DNA of 63,863 nucleotides, filler included, from Octopus bimaculoides (taxonomy: Eukaryota): NCBI RefSeq assembly GCF_001194135.2. It is 8 parts of 8 records of this genome, joined end to end, with 100 filler letters (N's around TTAATTAATTAA, not from the genome) between each part and the next. Parts side by side here need not be neighbours in the genome. Positions count along the whole stretch, not along the records: positions 1 to 17,745 come from NC_068983.1; 7 more parts are not named here. One strand, 5' to 3'. Position 1 is the stretch's first letter, and each line of letters starts with the position of its first letter. Position numbers and translations under genes: made by a program. Shown in pieces: positions 1 to 12,310 of this stretch. Under the pieces are notes generated by a model that did not search any database, was not told where the DNA came from, and saw only the letters and a program-made list of their open reading frames with translations.

Positions 1-167
1 TATATATATATATATATATATCTTTTAAATTTGTTTACAGGAAATGTTTTGAATATGTAAATAAAGCTCCTATTCCATTATGCTGGCCACAGTCTAATGA
101 TGCTGACTGGTGAACCATATTTTTGGGGGTTGAATCAAGTTGTACTGATCATAGTGTAAAATAAATA

Positions 168-617
168 TAGTAATACTAACAATAACCTTTGGATGGAATT
201 TATAATCATTTAATGTATTGCTATGCAAGTTTCCACTAATCACATGTCTCTTAAGGTCACAGTCTGTTGTATAGTGTAGTCCGCAGTATCTGTGGGCATA
301 GGGTAAGTCATCTTCATGGATTCATGTCTTCATGCACATAGCAATGCATTAACCCTTTTGTTACCAACCCAGCTGAAACCGGCTCTGGCTCTGAGTATTA
401 TTGTCTTGTTTTCATAAGTTTTGAATTAAAATCTTCCACCAAACCTTAGTCGAATTTATGTTCCTAATACTAACTGAATAATAACAAAGTTATTTTACTA
501 AATTCTTTGTTATATTTAAAGTAATTGAAAGAAACACAGAGCATCTCAGAATAAATACAGTAACAAAAGGGTTAAATGTTTATAAATTCCATCCAAGGAT
601 TATTGTTAGTATTACTA
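168..617. mobile_element. TA-flanked MITE with ~58-bp TIRs; right TIR interrupted by a piggyBac-like MITE
   Basis: Left arm TAGTAATACTAACAATAACCTTTGGATGGAATTTATAATCATTTAATGTATTGCTATG (168-) is the reverse complement of CATAGCAATGCATTAA[insert]ATGTTTATAAATTCCATCCAAGGATTATTGTTAGTATTACTA (-617). A second family member lies at 29639-29820. Confidence 0.8.
353..571. mobile_element. piggyBac-like MITE
   Basis: TTAA (349-352) + CCCTTTTGTTAC ... GTAACAAAAGGG + TTAA (572-575): perfect 12-bp TIR, CCC termini and TTAA target duplication, all typical of piggyBac. Confidence 0.9.
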
Positions 618-652
618 TATACACAGACTTTTTTCAGTTTCTGTCTATATAT

Positions 653-814
653 ACAGGCTTCTTTCAGCTTCTGTCCATCAAATCCATTCACATGGCTTTG
701 GTTAGCCCAGAACAACAGTCAAAGGCACTTGCTCATGATGCCATGCAAAGAGATAAGCCAAGATTATGTGGTTGGGAAGCAAGTTTCTTAACCACACACA
801 CAGAGACATGCCTG
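653..814 (-). mobile_element. tRNA-derived SINE, family B (CORE-like), degraded
   Basis: Matches the copies at 7081, 13056, 21174, 29998, 49338 and 56368 (GGCTTCTTTCAG...AAATCCA.TCACA.GGCTTTGG...CACTTGC). Confidence 0.75.
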
Positions 815-1251
815 AGTAAAAAGAAAACCCATATAACAATATTGAAAGGAGAGTTATGGTATACCTTCTTATATAGTAAAGATGAATAGAACCATACTGC
901 TGCAGCAGTAGCAGCAGTAGCACCATCATCATTTTAATGTTCAGTGTTGAAATGGAGGAAGGCTACATTTGGCAATAGCATAGAAGATGAGCATATTAAT
1001 GATCAAATTTAGATCAATGCTAATTAATAACAGGGTATTATTGGGCAAGGCATTAGAGAAACTCCCAATACTGAATCATCTGTAAATTTTCAACCAGGAT
1101 TCCGCTCATCAAAGATGAAATAACTACCCATGTAGTAGATTATTTATCATTACAATTAACCTAAAAACAGTCATGTTCACACATAAGCTGTAAAGGAAAG
1201 GGGATATTTAATTGAGTAACAAACTTAAGCTTATAAAATTGCTATTTCATT

Positions 1252-1413
1252 TTAACCTTTCAGCATTCAAATTACTCTATCAAATGTAATGCTTACTTAT
1301 TCACACTGTTTTGAAATAACCGTGTTGACTTTAAGAATGACATTGTAGGGTAAGTGTGAGAGTTCAGATCTGAGCAGTTTGAACATAAAAACTGGAAGAA
1401 TATTTGAGCCAGA
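1252..1413 (+). mobile_element. piggyBac-like MITE family 2, 3'-truncated
   Basis: Begins TTAACCTTTCAGCATTCAAATTACTCT and aligns with the copy at 7602-8174. Confidence 0.7.
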
Positions 1414-1609
1414 CACTTTATTTCATGTTGCTCCAGTCCACTCAGCTGGCAAAAGTGAGTAGTACCTGTATTTCAAAAGGTCAGCCTAGTTACACAGAAC
1501 ATGTTAAGGGTACATGTGGAGTGCTCAGTCACTTGCACATTAACTTCACAAGCAGGCTGTTCCGTTATTCAGATCAACTGGAACCCTCATCGTAACTGAC
1601 GGAATGCCA
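1411..1609 (+). mobile_element. SINE family C, 5'-truncated
   Basis: AGACACTTTATTTCATGTTGCTCCAGTCCACTCAGCTGGC...GATCAACTGGAACCC; closely matches 3490-3797. Confidence 0.8.
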
Positions 1610-1911
1610 GTTTATCTCCTTTCAAAAATATGAAGAAAGAATAAATACTAATTAATTAACTCTCAAACCCTCTTATTACCCTTTTAAAGTTTGGCTTTTA
1701 TATTTCATGTGTATATGGTCAAATTAAACATTAGAGAAAATACAGCATTTTCAATAAATTTCTATACTTTAAATTCCTTCAAGAATTTTGTTATTTTGTA
1801 AAAACACTTCAATGACAATATTTTGAGAGAAAAATCATTAAAAAAGTATTCCCCAAAATAACTTCCTTTTAAGATATTTACTGCATATTTTGAATTTCAG
1901 AATGGAGGGGG

Positions 1912-1976
<65 letters not shown>

Positions 1977-2822
1977 AAAAGGGAGATATAGAAGGAGGAG
2001 AAGAAGAACACAAAGACAAGAGAGAGAGAATGATCTGTTTTTGGCAAGAAACTGTATCAAACTGTACAATAAAGACATAAAGATATCAGGAGAGAGAGAG
2101 AAAGCAAGAGAGAGAGAGTGAGAGTGAGTGAAAGAGAAAAACATCTTGTACACATTATGAGAAGTTTTCCATGGAGCCAATGAGGGTTAGAACAAATAAA
2201 AATCAATGATGTTTAAAATTGATGAATCGTCAGCTCAAAGAAAGAAATATCTTGCTTCCTTTCACTACATTTTAACATTCTCAGTGAACAGAGATTGTCT
2301 AAGAAACAGTTTTGTCAAACAGAATCTATGAAGCGCTTACACAATTATTGATTATTTCACTGATAGCTATTATCTTATGTGTTGCTGTTGTTATTTTTGT
2401 TTAATTCAGAACACTACAAAAAAATTTGGCCCTGTTTTGCCAAGCATCTATACAATATGTCATCCATATAAACTTTTGATAATTTAAATAGATACTCAAT
2501 CAAAACTTGATGAAGTACATGAATTACTGCCACTGATGAACATAACAATAAGGACAAGACAACAGCCACAACAGCAGCAACAACTGCAACACCTGGCTTT
2601 GCAAGACCTATATATCTGTTTGTATCACAGTGTGATGAAAAAGACAGTATTGAAAACAACAGTACTGCTCACATCAAGGGAGCTTTTTTGTGCCAAACAG
2701 GCTGGACACAACTGAACTTCAGTAAAACAGCAGAAGATGAAGTTATATTTAATTGTGGAGATCAAATTACAGAACAGTGGAGTAAAACTAAGAAATGGAG
2801 TTGAGTTATGGAACAGTAGAGG

Positions 2823-3030
2823 TCATCATCATCATCATAATTATTTAATGTCCGTTGTCCATGCTGGCATGGTTTGGGCAGGTTGACCAGGGCTAGTAAG
2901 CTGAGGGGCTGCACCAGACCCTAGTCTGATTTGGCACGGTTTCTATGGCTGGATGCCTTTCCTAATGCCAACCACTCTGAGAGTGTAATGGGTGCTTTTG
3001 GGTGCCAGTTGCATGACACCATTATCTGCC
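2823..3030 (-). mobile_element. Retroposon family F (RTE-like 3' tail ending in (GAT)n)
   Basis: (CAT)n followed by TTTAATGTCCG...CATGCTGGCATGG...GGCTGGATGCC.TTCCTAATGCCAACCAC; recurs at 7655, 15988, 17054 and, in + orientation, at 20045-20510. Confidence 0.7.
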
Positions 3031-3341
3031 ACAACCAAGTTATAAAACTGTAAAACTGAGAGGGTGTTATTCAATGTAAAGAAAACAGTAAATGTTTTAT
3101 GTTACAGCACTCCTGTGGCTCAATGCTAAATTTGGAGGGAGTCAACTAAGAGAAGAATTTGTGAAGAATTGTACTTCATGTATAAAAAACATCAGTCTAT
3201 TAGAAATCAACTTTCCTTGTAATAACAGTTCCATACTTTGATCTCACATATTTATAATTTGGCTCCCCACAGAATTTGACTGCCCTGCAACTACTAGGAA
3301 AGGCATTTAATAACAAAGGACAGGCCTAATGCTTTATATGT

Positions 3342-3486
3342 GGTACCCAGTAGCTGGTAATTTGACTCCTGGTAATTTCACACCCAGTGAAACTGACTGG
3401 CAGTCACATTAACCAGGGGCCAAATTATCAGAGTCAAAATACTGAGTGAAATTACCAGGTGTCAAATTACCTAGAATCATGGTACC
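3342..3486. mobile_element. Short palindromic MITE-like element
   Basis: GGTAATTTGACTCCTGGTAATTTCACACCCAGT (3356-) pairs with ACTGAGTGAAATTACCAGGTGTCAAATTACC (3441-3471); GGTACC at both outer ends. Confidence 0.65.
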
Positions 3487-3489
3487 CTA

Positions 3490-3797
3490 TAGTGATTAGG
3501 ATATCTGGCTCTTGATAGTAAGTTTGTGAGTTCAATTCCCAGTGATACATTGTGTCTTTGAGCAAGACACTTTATTTCATGCTGCTCCAGTCCACTCAGC
3601 TAGCAAAAATGAGTAGTACCTGTATTCTAAAGGGCCAACCATGTCACATTCTGTATCATGCTGAATATCCCTGAGAACTATGTTAAGAATATGCATGTCT
3701 GTGGAATGCTCTGCGACTTCCACGTCAATTTCGCAAGCAGGCTGTTCCGTTGATTGGATCAACTAGAACCCTTGCCATTGTAACTGATGGAGTGTCA
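3490..3797 (+). mobile_element. SINE family C, near complete
   Basis: tRNA-like head with B-box-like GAGTTCAATTCCC, central TCTTTGAGCAAGACACTT motif; body matches 1411-1609. Confidence 0.8.
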
Positions 3798-3945
3798 GGT
3801 GCCCCATAGACAGTCTACTAAACAATAACAATAATAATAAAAATAACAACAGTAATTTCAACCACAAAGGCCACAATAAGAAATAGTAACAAATATCGAT
3901 GTAGCCCACCCACATCAGTCAGTTAATTAATGTTACAAAACAATT

Positions 3946-4162
3946 AAGGTGGTGAGCTGGCAGAATTGTTAGCATGCTGTGCAAAATGTTTAGTGGCATT
4001 TCATCTGTCTTTATGTTCTGAGTTCAAATTCCACTGAGGTTGACTTTGCTTTCATCCATTCAAAGTTGATGAAATAATTACCAGTTGAGCACTGGGGTTG
4101 ATGTACTGAGTTGAGCACTGGAGTCCCCCACAAATTATTGGCTTTGTGTCAAAATTTGAAAC
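3946..4162 (+). mobile_element. tRNA-derived SINE family A (CpG-depleted copy)
   Basis: GGTGGTGAGCTGGCAGAATTG (A-box-like) ... GAGTTCAAATTCC (B-box-like) ... ending AAAATTTGAAAC; many homologous copies in the window. Confidence 0.85.
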
Positions 4163-4777
4163 TAATATTACATTTTACAGTTTTTATAAGGTTAAGCAGG
4201 GGAGAAACAAAATCTTTATCTTTATCTGCATAGCACAGTGGTCTACTACAGAGCGCTTTTCCCACAGAAGGACCTGAACTTAGCAATTGAACAAGTCAGC
4301 AGATCATTCAAAGATACAACATCATGACTGCAACTTACAGTCAACAGTACCTATTTACCTATTCTGAAGCTGTTGAAAATTAAGTGACTTGCTTTAGACA
4401 CAACACAACACCAGTAATAGGATACAGAACATTGACTTCTGAGTCAATTACCCAACATTCTATCATCCATTCATAAATCATATTTCAACAGCTTTTCAAG
4501 TTAGCTTTGTCAATGACAAAAATTTTGGGTTGTTGCCCAGATGTATTATACAGATGTTCCTGGGTTGCAAAGTCAAGTCAAACAATTTCTAAGAAACCTG
4601 ATTTCTGAAAGTTCAATACAGCATTACTAACATATAATGATCTACAAGAAATGGATTATAGATTTACTAAGGGAGTGTCGTTTGTTGTTGTTGTTTAGCA
4701 CCATACCTATGATTAAAGGCAGTCCAGCTACGACCAACTAGTCTTTTCAAGGGAATCTTGAACAACATTATTTAATG

Positions 4778-5101
4778 TAGTGGTTCCCAGCCTGGGTCCA
4801 TATGACCCCAGGAGGTCCATATAATATTTTTGGGGATTCATGCAAGCAAAACAGTAAATTGTGGCCCCATGTAAAAATTTTGCTTTATATCTTTTTATTG
4901 CAAGAAATAACTAAGTTTCTTTCTCGAATGTTAGACATTGTTCAACTTACACAAGTGAATATGTGATAAACAAAATAGGAATTTTGAAAAAAGTATCTAT
5001 AAAACTAGATTTTAAACATCAAATGGCTATAGGGGGGAAGGGGGACCAGAATAGAACAGTAATCAAAGGGTTCGCAGATAAAAAATGGTTGAGAACCACT
5101 G
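4778..5101. mobile_element. hAT (Charlie-like) MITE
   Basis: Termini TAGTGGTTCCCAGCC / GGTTGAGAACCACTG; 8-bp TSD ATTTAATG (4770-4777) vs ATCTAATG (5102-5109), 7/8 identical. Confidence 0.85.
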
Positions 5102-6890
5102 ATCTAATGTGTGCAGTAGGATATGATTTAAAGGAGATCTGGCAGTTATTTCTAGCAAAGTGACCTCATCAGGCTTCCTTCCCTGCATGAGGTCAACTTA
5201 AAAGAGAGTTGATAGGAAGGGTTGCCCAATTTCAAAAACAAAGTGGGTGTGGGTGTGGGTGAAGGAGACTTATGATGCTTGTCAAGAAATATAAGTAATA
5301 CTAAATCAGATACAACCACCATTGCTATCTGTATTATGTTGAAGTTCAAACATTTGTAAGATTCCAAAGTACATTCAACATGAATATGAATATAAGAATA
5401 GTAAGGAAGATAGCTCAGTATGTTATAACTGAATGCACAATACAACTGTTGACATTCACTTACTGTTCCTTAGTTTAATTGGTTCATTAAAAACGAGCCA
5501 CAGCTATTTTAATCCCATGTAAGTCAATAAATGCACTTCCCTAGAACAGGATCTAATTCAATAATGGTGCTTAAAGACTGACATTCATACATGAAGCTAA
5601 ATATGCTAGTTTCTGCTAAAATTAGGATGAAGTTCAATTTTTGTTTAATAATTAGAAGTTAGTCGTGCTTAGCTAAATATTTGTGCATCAGATAAGTATA
5701 TCTGGCATAATTGAGGCTTCTCTAATCTTTATGCATATGAATAGCTTATTGAGGTTAGCATATTTGTTCCTATCTACTGAAAGTAACAACTTACAAAATC
5801 ATTTCTTTTTAAGGATAAAGTTGAAAAGCTCTTCGTTATTGATTTTGTGTTTGAATGAATAAGTACAACGAGAGAAGCAAGATCAGCTTATAATCTTACA
5901 GATGCTTCACAGTGACTTCCAAGCTGAACTGGAAAGTCTAAGTTACTTGATAAAAGCCACTTCAGTTTCTACTTGACTAATAAGCACTAAAGAAATCAGT
6001 CAACAGGAATTTTCACTGACAAATTAAAAATTATCTTTCCAGTAACTTGGTTAAAAGAATCTGTATAAATTATAGCAATAACTGAAAATAACTGCTAATC
6101 TTGTTTATTTATTTATTTTTTGTTGTTTTATTTAGCTTAATAGCCTTGTAAATATTTTCCAAGACAACAAGTATTGTTTTTACAATTCATTAAATGCATT
6201 AGGTACAGTGTCACCAAAACTGCCTCAAATAACAATTTTATAAAACACTAACATTGTCCAACTATTAAGAAACATTTATTATGTACTACTGCCAGTAATA
6301 AGCTGCATACTAAACATTAAAATAATAGTGATTAATTAAACATAATATAATGTTATCGTTATTTTGTTAGTATAATTTGGCAATGAAAACCAAATCTGAA
6401 TAGCACAGATGTGATATTGTAAGTGACCTGATGTATAAAGCATGTAATAGTTAATATGTTTTTTAAAAAAAAAAACATGATATCTGAAGATAAAAGTATG
6501 ACAATATATCCCATGACATTAAAATAGATATTAACGAAGCCCTTGAAAGTCGTATAAATGTAATCTTCATTAGTATTCAAAGACCTGACCTTTACATGGT
6601 TTCTATCAACTCAATCAAAAAGGTCAGTAATTAAAAAAAAATGTAGTTGGAGAAATGCTTTCTGGTTGAGATCTTCATATAATAATGTAACAAAACAAAG
6701 TAAAAGCATTTATGTAATTTTGTCATAAATTCTTCATTCCTCTAATGGAATAATAGGCAAATGATGACAACTGAATCAGCTGCATTAGACCAACAATTTA
6801 TTATGCTTGTTTCAAACCACAAATTGTTTTGGAATTGCTACCTGCTTAACTAAAAATATTAATGCTAAATTTTCAAAATGCAACAGATTT

Positions 6891-7238
6891 ATCTTGTCTT
6901 TTACTTGTTTCAGTCACTGAACTGCAGCCATGCTGGAGCATCACCTTAAATGATTGAGTCAAACAAATCAACTCCAGTACATGTTTTTTTGCTTTATTTT
7001 TTTTTAAAGCCTTGTAGTTATTCTATTGATCTCTTTTGTTGAACTACAATGTTATGGGGATATAAACAAACCAGCATCATGACAGGCTTCTTTCAGTTTC
7101 TGCCTACCAAATCCTTTCACAAGGCTTTGACCAGCCCAGGGTTATACTAGAAGACACTTGTCCAAGGGACTGCACAGTAGGACTGAACCCAAGATCACAT
7201 AGTTGGGAAACAAGCATCTCAACTACACATTCATGGCT
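6891..7238 (-). mobile_element. Bipartite SINE (family B head + family D tail)
   Basis: D segment (CTTGTTTCAGTCA...GCCATGCTGGAGCA...) at 6891-7080 directly abuts the B segment at 7081-7238; same arrangement at 13056-13455 and 56368-56690. Confidence 0.75.
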
Positions 7239-7273
7239 GAATAATTTAAATGAAATTACTGTAAACCATTGCT

Positions 7274-7394
7274 TTAACCATTTGGCACTAATTTTTAGAA
7301 TGATATTGTAGGGGAGGTGTGAGAGGATGGATCCAGTCAATTTTAGCATAAAACACATAGAATATTAGGGCTGGTTTAAATGTCAAAGGGTTAA
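7274..7394. mobile_element. piggyBac-like MITE family 2, internally deleted copy
   Basis: TTAACCATTTGGCAC ... TTTAAATGTCAAAGGGTTAA; interior matches the right half of 7602-8174. Confidence 0.7.
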
Positions 7395-7601
7395 AGTTTT
7401 TCTACTACCTCTACGTTGAATGAGACAGGTAATTGCAGAGTTTTATTTTTTTTACTTAGTTCCTCACTACACAAAATAATTAGTAAAGAATCATCCCTGC
7501 TGCTCTTCACATACCTCTACTTTAATCATCAACAATCATCGCTGCCTCTCCGAACCCCAAATGACAGAATGTCTTAACAAAACAAATACATGTACAGAGC
7601 C

Positions 7602-8174
7602 TTAACTCTTCAGCATTCAGATTACTCTGACAAATGAAATGCTTATTTATTACAATCAACATCATAATCGTTTAATGTCTGTTTTCTATGCTGGCATGGG
7701 TTGGATGGTTTGACCAGAGCTGGCAGGTTCCAGTTGTACCAGGTTCCAGTCTGATTTGGCTTGGTTTCTATGGTAGATGCCCTTCCTAACACCATCCACT
7801 TTATAGTGTGCACTGAGTGTTTTTAATGTGGCACCAGTACAAGTTCATTTACATGGTGCCAGCAGGAGTGCTTTTTACATGACACCAGCACAGGACTCTT
7901 GCAGGGCAATCCTCTTCACCATGGGAGGCAACCTTAACACATCTGCTGTGGAGGATGGGTCTTCTTGAGTACAGCAAGATGCCAGGTATCTTGGGTACAT
8001 TGTTTTAAATTAACCATGCATTATCATGTACCTTTGAGATTTCAATGATGTGACTCTTTATTTTTTTTAGAATGACATTGTAGCTAAGCATGAGAGGCCA
8101 GATCTGTCTGATTTAAACATAAAACAGGTAGAAAGTCCAGCTGGATATGGCCAGTTTAAATGTGAAAGGATTAA
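7602..8174. mobile_element. piggyBac-like MITE family 2 interrupted by a family F retroposon (7655-7995)
   Basis: TTAA at 7602-7605 and 8171-8174. MITE sequence GCTTATTTAT|TACA...TACATTGTTTT resumes across the insert; possible TACA duplication. Confidence 0.75.
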
Positions 8175-8393
8175 AAGACATTAGAGTGGTTTTACATGAC
8201 ATATCAACTTCAATTGACAAACTTAAGTCAAAATTTTAAAATTTCAGCTTCAGCTGACAAATATATTCCCATTATAGAAGCAATCTAAATAGAAATTCAG
8301 CTGCAGATTAGAAACTGATGCCCACTTCTTTGCTTTAACATATAATAATATTGTTTCAAACCAATGCCAAACTGTTATACTGCTTACTACAAA

Positions 8394-8430
<37 letters not shown>

Positions 8431-9182
8431 ACTTGGGGATGGTCATATTGCCAGTTTAGCCAATATATATATATAATCAAAAATATTTCTGCCACATTTT
8501 CTTGCCTAATAATTGTTTTTCTGCCCTACATTAACATATTTTTGTTGTTATGCAACAGTCATATGGAATATACATTTACCTTTTGCTTGGAGCAATGAAG
8601 AAAGAAATAACAAAGGTAGCTAAAAATTGCTAAGATATCTAATAAGGAAAAAACGTCTGTCTGTTGTTTTAAATTAAGAGTAGTTTCATTCCAGCTACTC
8701 TTAACTGCTAATAGCTACTGACTTATTCCCCTTGATAAGAACTCTTCTCTTATTGTTATGTTTTATGACACTCAGGAATTATCACAATTTAATTAATCAT
8801 CACTGCAAGTATGTTGTTAAAAGAGTTGACTAACTACCAGGCTACAAGTCAAAAATCTCAGAGCTATATAATGACATAACAATATAAGAATCATTAATTA
8901 CATTGTCTGACATAAGTTGCAACAAATAAGCTTCTTCTTTTAACTCCAAATCAGCCCTCATCCTATCGTATATATTGTTCTTAGATATGTATCGAGAACA
9001 ATATTATCTGGAAAATTTTTTTTTTTCTGTGAAACAGTTGTAATTTGAGGGAGATTTGGCTATCTTCTTAGTTTGTGTTAATAACATAGTCTACTACCAC
9101 TGCCACCATTGCTACTGCTGCTGCTGCTCCTCCTCCCCCTTCTCTTTCTCCTCCCCCTCCTACTACTACTACTAATAATAAT

Positions 9183-9396
9183 GGTTTCAAATTTTGCCAC
9201 AAGGGCAGCCATTTTGGGGAAGGGGATGAGTCAATTACATTGACCCCAGTGTACAACTGGTACTTATTTTATCGACTCCGAAAGGATGAAAGGCAAAGTC
9301 GACCTTGGCAGAATTTGAACTCAGAACATAGTGGCAGACGAAATACTGCTAAGCATTTCACCAGGCATGCTAACAGTTCTGCTAGATCAATGCCTT
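9183..9396 (-). mobile_element. SINE family A
   Basis: Reverse complement of the 3946 copy; flanked by (TAC/AAT)n and (AAT)n. Confidence 0.85.
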
Positions 9397-9423
9397 CATA
9401 ATAATAATAATAATAATAATAAT

Positions 9424-9637
9424 GATTTCAAATTTTGCCACAAGGGCAGCAATTTGGGGGGAGGGGATGTGTCAATTACATCGACCCCAATCTTCAACTG
9501 GTACTTATTTTATTGACCCCGTAAGGAAGAAAGGCAAAGTCAACCTTGGTGAAATCTGAACTCAGAACATGAAAACAAACAAAATTCCACTAAGCATTTT
9601 GCCAGGCATGTTAACAATTCTGCCAGCTCATCACCTT
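9424..9637 (-). mobile_element. SINE family A (second tandem copy)
   Basis: Same sequence family and orientation as 9183-9396, separated from it by (AAT)n. Confidence 0.85.
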
Positions 9638-9670
9638 AATAATAATAATAATAATAATAATAATTATTAT

Positions 9671-9741
<71 letters not shown>

Positions 9742-9743
<2 letters not shown>

Positions 9744-10630
9744 CTTTCCAATTCTGGTACATGGCCAGCAATTTTGAGGGGATGGACAAGTCAATTATAT
9801 AAACCCCAGTACAGGCATACTTCGGCTTAAGTTGTTTCGATTTAAGTCGTTCTCGATAATACATCGGTTTTCAAAAATAATATATGGAAAAATAAAAATC
9901 AAGTTAAGTCATTTTACTCAACTTTACGTCTTTCCACTACAAATATTGGAATTGTAAAATCACTAGAAAACCGTTAAAACCACATAAATTCATGTTACTG
10001 TACAATAAATAAGAATAAAAGCATATAAAATCATATTAAAATATGTACGGTAAATGTTAAGATACACACCATAAAGTAGTGTAGCTTAGCAAACACATCG
10101 AACAAGATCAGCCAAAGTCAGCTGTTGATGTTGACGATCCACAGTCATCTATATACGTGATGTAAACCACCTAACTGTATGAATTGGTAAATTTAAAATA
10201 ATTTAGTCTTTTTTACTATTGCAAAATAATAATAATTAATGAATTTGTTTTCTAAGCTTAAAAATAGCTTTTATTTTACCATGTCTTATTGCAAACTGCA
10301 TTCATAAATAAAGCGTCTGTGATGTACGGTAAAAACTGCCAAATTGTATTTGTAAATTTAGATTTTTTTTTTTTTTTTACTGTACTGTATTAAAAAAATA
10401 AAAATTATTTGTTTGTAAGTTTAAAATAGGTTTTTATTAACCATGTATCATTGAAAACGCATTCATAACTGGGAATGGTTATTATTGGTTTAGTCTAGAG
10501 ACAAGTAAATTTGGCCTAGCCTAGCTTAGAAACAAGTCAATTTGATTTAAGTTGGTTTTCAACTTAAGTCAGGTCTCCTGGAACCAATTAATGACGTAGG
10601 GTGAGGTATGCCTGTTTTTGACTGGTACTT
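9742..10630 (-). mobile_element. SINE family A 3' fragment split by the Tigger-like insertion
   Basis: AAACCCCAGTA (to 9811) resumes as ...GACTGGTACTT (10615-10630), matching intact copies GACCCCAGT...ACTGGTACTT. Confidence 0.65.
9812..10614. mobile_element. Tigger/pogo-like non-autonomous DNA transposon
   Basis: Termini CAGGCATACTTC / GAGGTATGCCTG, resembling the Tigger1 terminus CAGGCATACCTC; TA at 9810-9811 (right flank reads TT); subterminal CTTAAGT(C/T)G motifs; no ORF. Confidence 0.8.
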
Positions 10631-10660
10631 TGAAATGCCTCTAAGTATTTTGTCCAATGC

Positions 10661-10695
<35 letters not shown>

Positions 10696-10703
10696 CAATA
10701 ATA

Positions 10704-10780
10704 ATTTCAAATTTTGCCACAAGAGCAGCAATGGAGGAGGGGGGGCTAGTCGATTACATTGACCCCAGAGTTGGTGGTAC
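10704..10780 (-). mobile_element. SINE family A 3' fragment
   Basis: ATTTCAAATTTTGCCACAAG...GATTACATTGACCCCAG following (AAT)n. Confidence 0.75.
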
Positions 10781-11019
10781 GTAATAATACGCTGGCGTTT
10801 TTCTGTCACAACATACGAATGAAAAATATATAAAAATAATATATATACACATTTGTGTGTATATATATATATATATATGTATATGCACGTATACACCACT
10901 ACACCATACCACACAACACACCAGCACTGACTTCTTCCCAGCCCCCACATTTTCACACCTACACATACACACACGTCAAGATCACCAGCCCTTTTCTAAA
11001 GGCACATACAAGCTCTCTT

Positions 11020-11310
11020 ATGCACACGCACGCGAACCTTCGTTTTGAGATCACCACTACTTTATCATCTCCCCTTCTCCCTAGCTCTCCTGTGAGACCC
11101 TTCTGTCCGGCATTTGGCATGATAGATCGCTAGCCACTACACATTCTTTATTTTCTCTCCTTGTTTCTTTCTGTGTTCCTTTCTATGGAAGACCGTAGGA
11201 TCGAAACGTTAAAGACTTTTTCACTTCCCATGCATTATACTAATATATCTGTTTGTTGTCTACACCACCTGTCTTCATCTTTTGTTTTTTTTTTGTCAAT
11301 TCTCCCCCCT
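11020..11310 (+). mobile_element. Short ORF-less repeat family G (Penelope-terminus-like, degenerate hammerhead-like core)
   Basis: Homologous to 21355-21500 (-), 22050-22250 (+) and 40660-40930 (-); core CTATGGA-A-GACC-GTAG-GATC-GAAAC-GTT at 11183-11210. Confidence 0.6.
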
Positions 11311-11774
11311 CCTTTATATATATATAAACACATATGTATATATATATGTATATGTGTGTGTGCGTGCATGTATTTTACTGACAGAGGTAGTATTAATACC
11401 TAGAGATAATATTTATCCCCACCTAAATGTAAATGTTCTGTTAGAACAAACATGCTGCGATAGTTACAATGAGAGAAACTTTCATATTGGCTTTTTCATG
11501 CAAAATGCACTCTTGTTTATACTGCTAGCAAGGAGATAAATCCCTGCTGCCTCCATGCATATGTATGTACATGCGTGCTAACATGCTATCTTAAAAGCAG
11601 TATTTTGGCAGTGACTTAAGCCTTGACATATAGAAATTGTTCAGATACCAAATGATGGTGGCATTTGCTTAAAACTGTTGCATTATGTTAAGACAAAAAG
11701 ACATGATCACAAACTCATACGCACGTATCGATGCAAATATTGACACATATTTGGGGTGGGGGAGAGGGAGGACT

Positions 11775-11975
11775 TTCAGTATCCATCTACCAAATCTTGC
11801 CAAAGTTGTTGCACAGAAGGACTGAACCTGAAACCATATGAGTGCTTCCCAACCACATGATTATGGGTTCAGTCCCACTGCATGGTACCTTGGGGAAGTG
11901 TCTTCTAATGTCGCCTCAGGCCAACCAAAGCCTTGTGATTGGATTTGGTAGACAGAAACTGAAAAGAAGCCTGTT
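11775..11975. mobile_element. Two family B SINE fragments in opposite orientation
   Basis: (-) fragment near 11775-11850, then (+) copy TGCTTCCCAACCACATG...GGTTCAGTCCCACTG...GAAACTGAAAAGAAGCC. Confidence 0.7.
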
Positions 11976-12017
11976 GTGAGTGAGTGTGTGTGTGTGTGTA
12001 TATATATATGTATATAT

Positions 12018-12310
12018 ATATATATAAAACTGAGAATGTCTGTCGGTCTGTGTGTCTGTATGTGTGCTTTACTAAAACTAGAGAACTACCCAACCGATTT
12101 CATTCAAATTTTACACATGCCTTACTTAGGGTCCATGCACTGTCATGGGCCAAACGAATTTCAACTTCTTGCCTAATGCGGGCCTAGAGCAATCTCTTAT
12201 CTCTTACACTATTTCAGTATTACATGTCAAAAGTGAAACAATAACATCTCTATTGTAATGTGAGATAATATTTTCACTTTTAATAGGTTTCACTATAAAC
12301 ATTTTCACTT
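12018..12310 (+). mobile_element. Possible non-autonomous Helitron-like 5' end
   Basis: TATATATAAAACTGAGAATGTCTGTCGGTCTGTGTGTCTG...AACCGATTTCATTCAAATTTTACAC resembles Helitron-N/HINE 5' architecture (TA-rich start plus GTCT repeat); no 3' hairpin/CTAG found. Confidence 0.4.
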
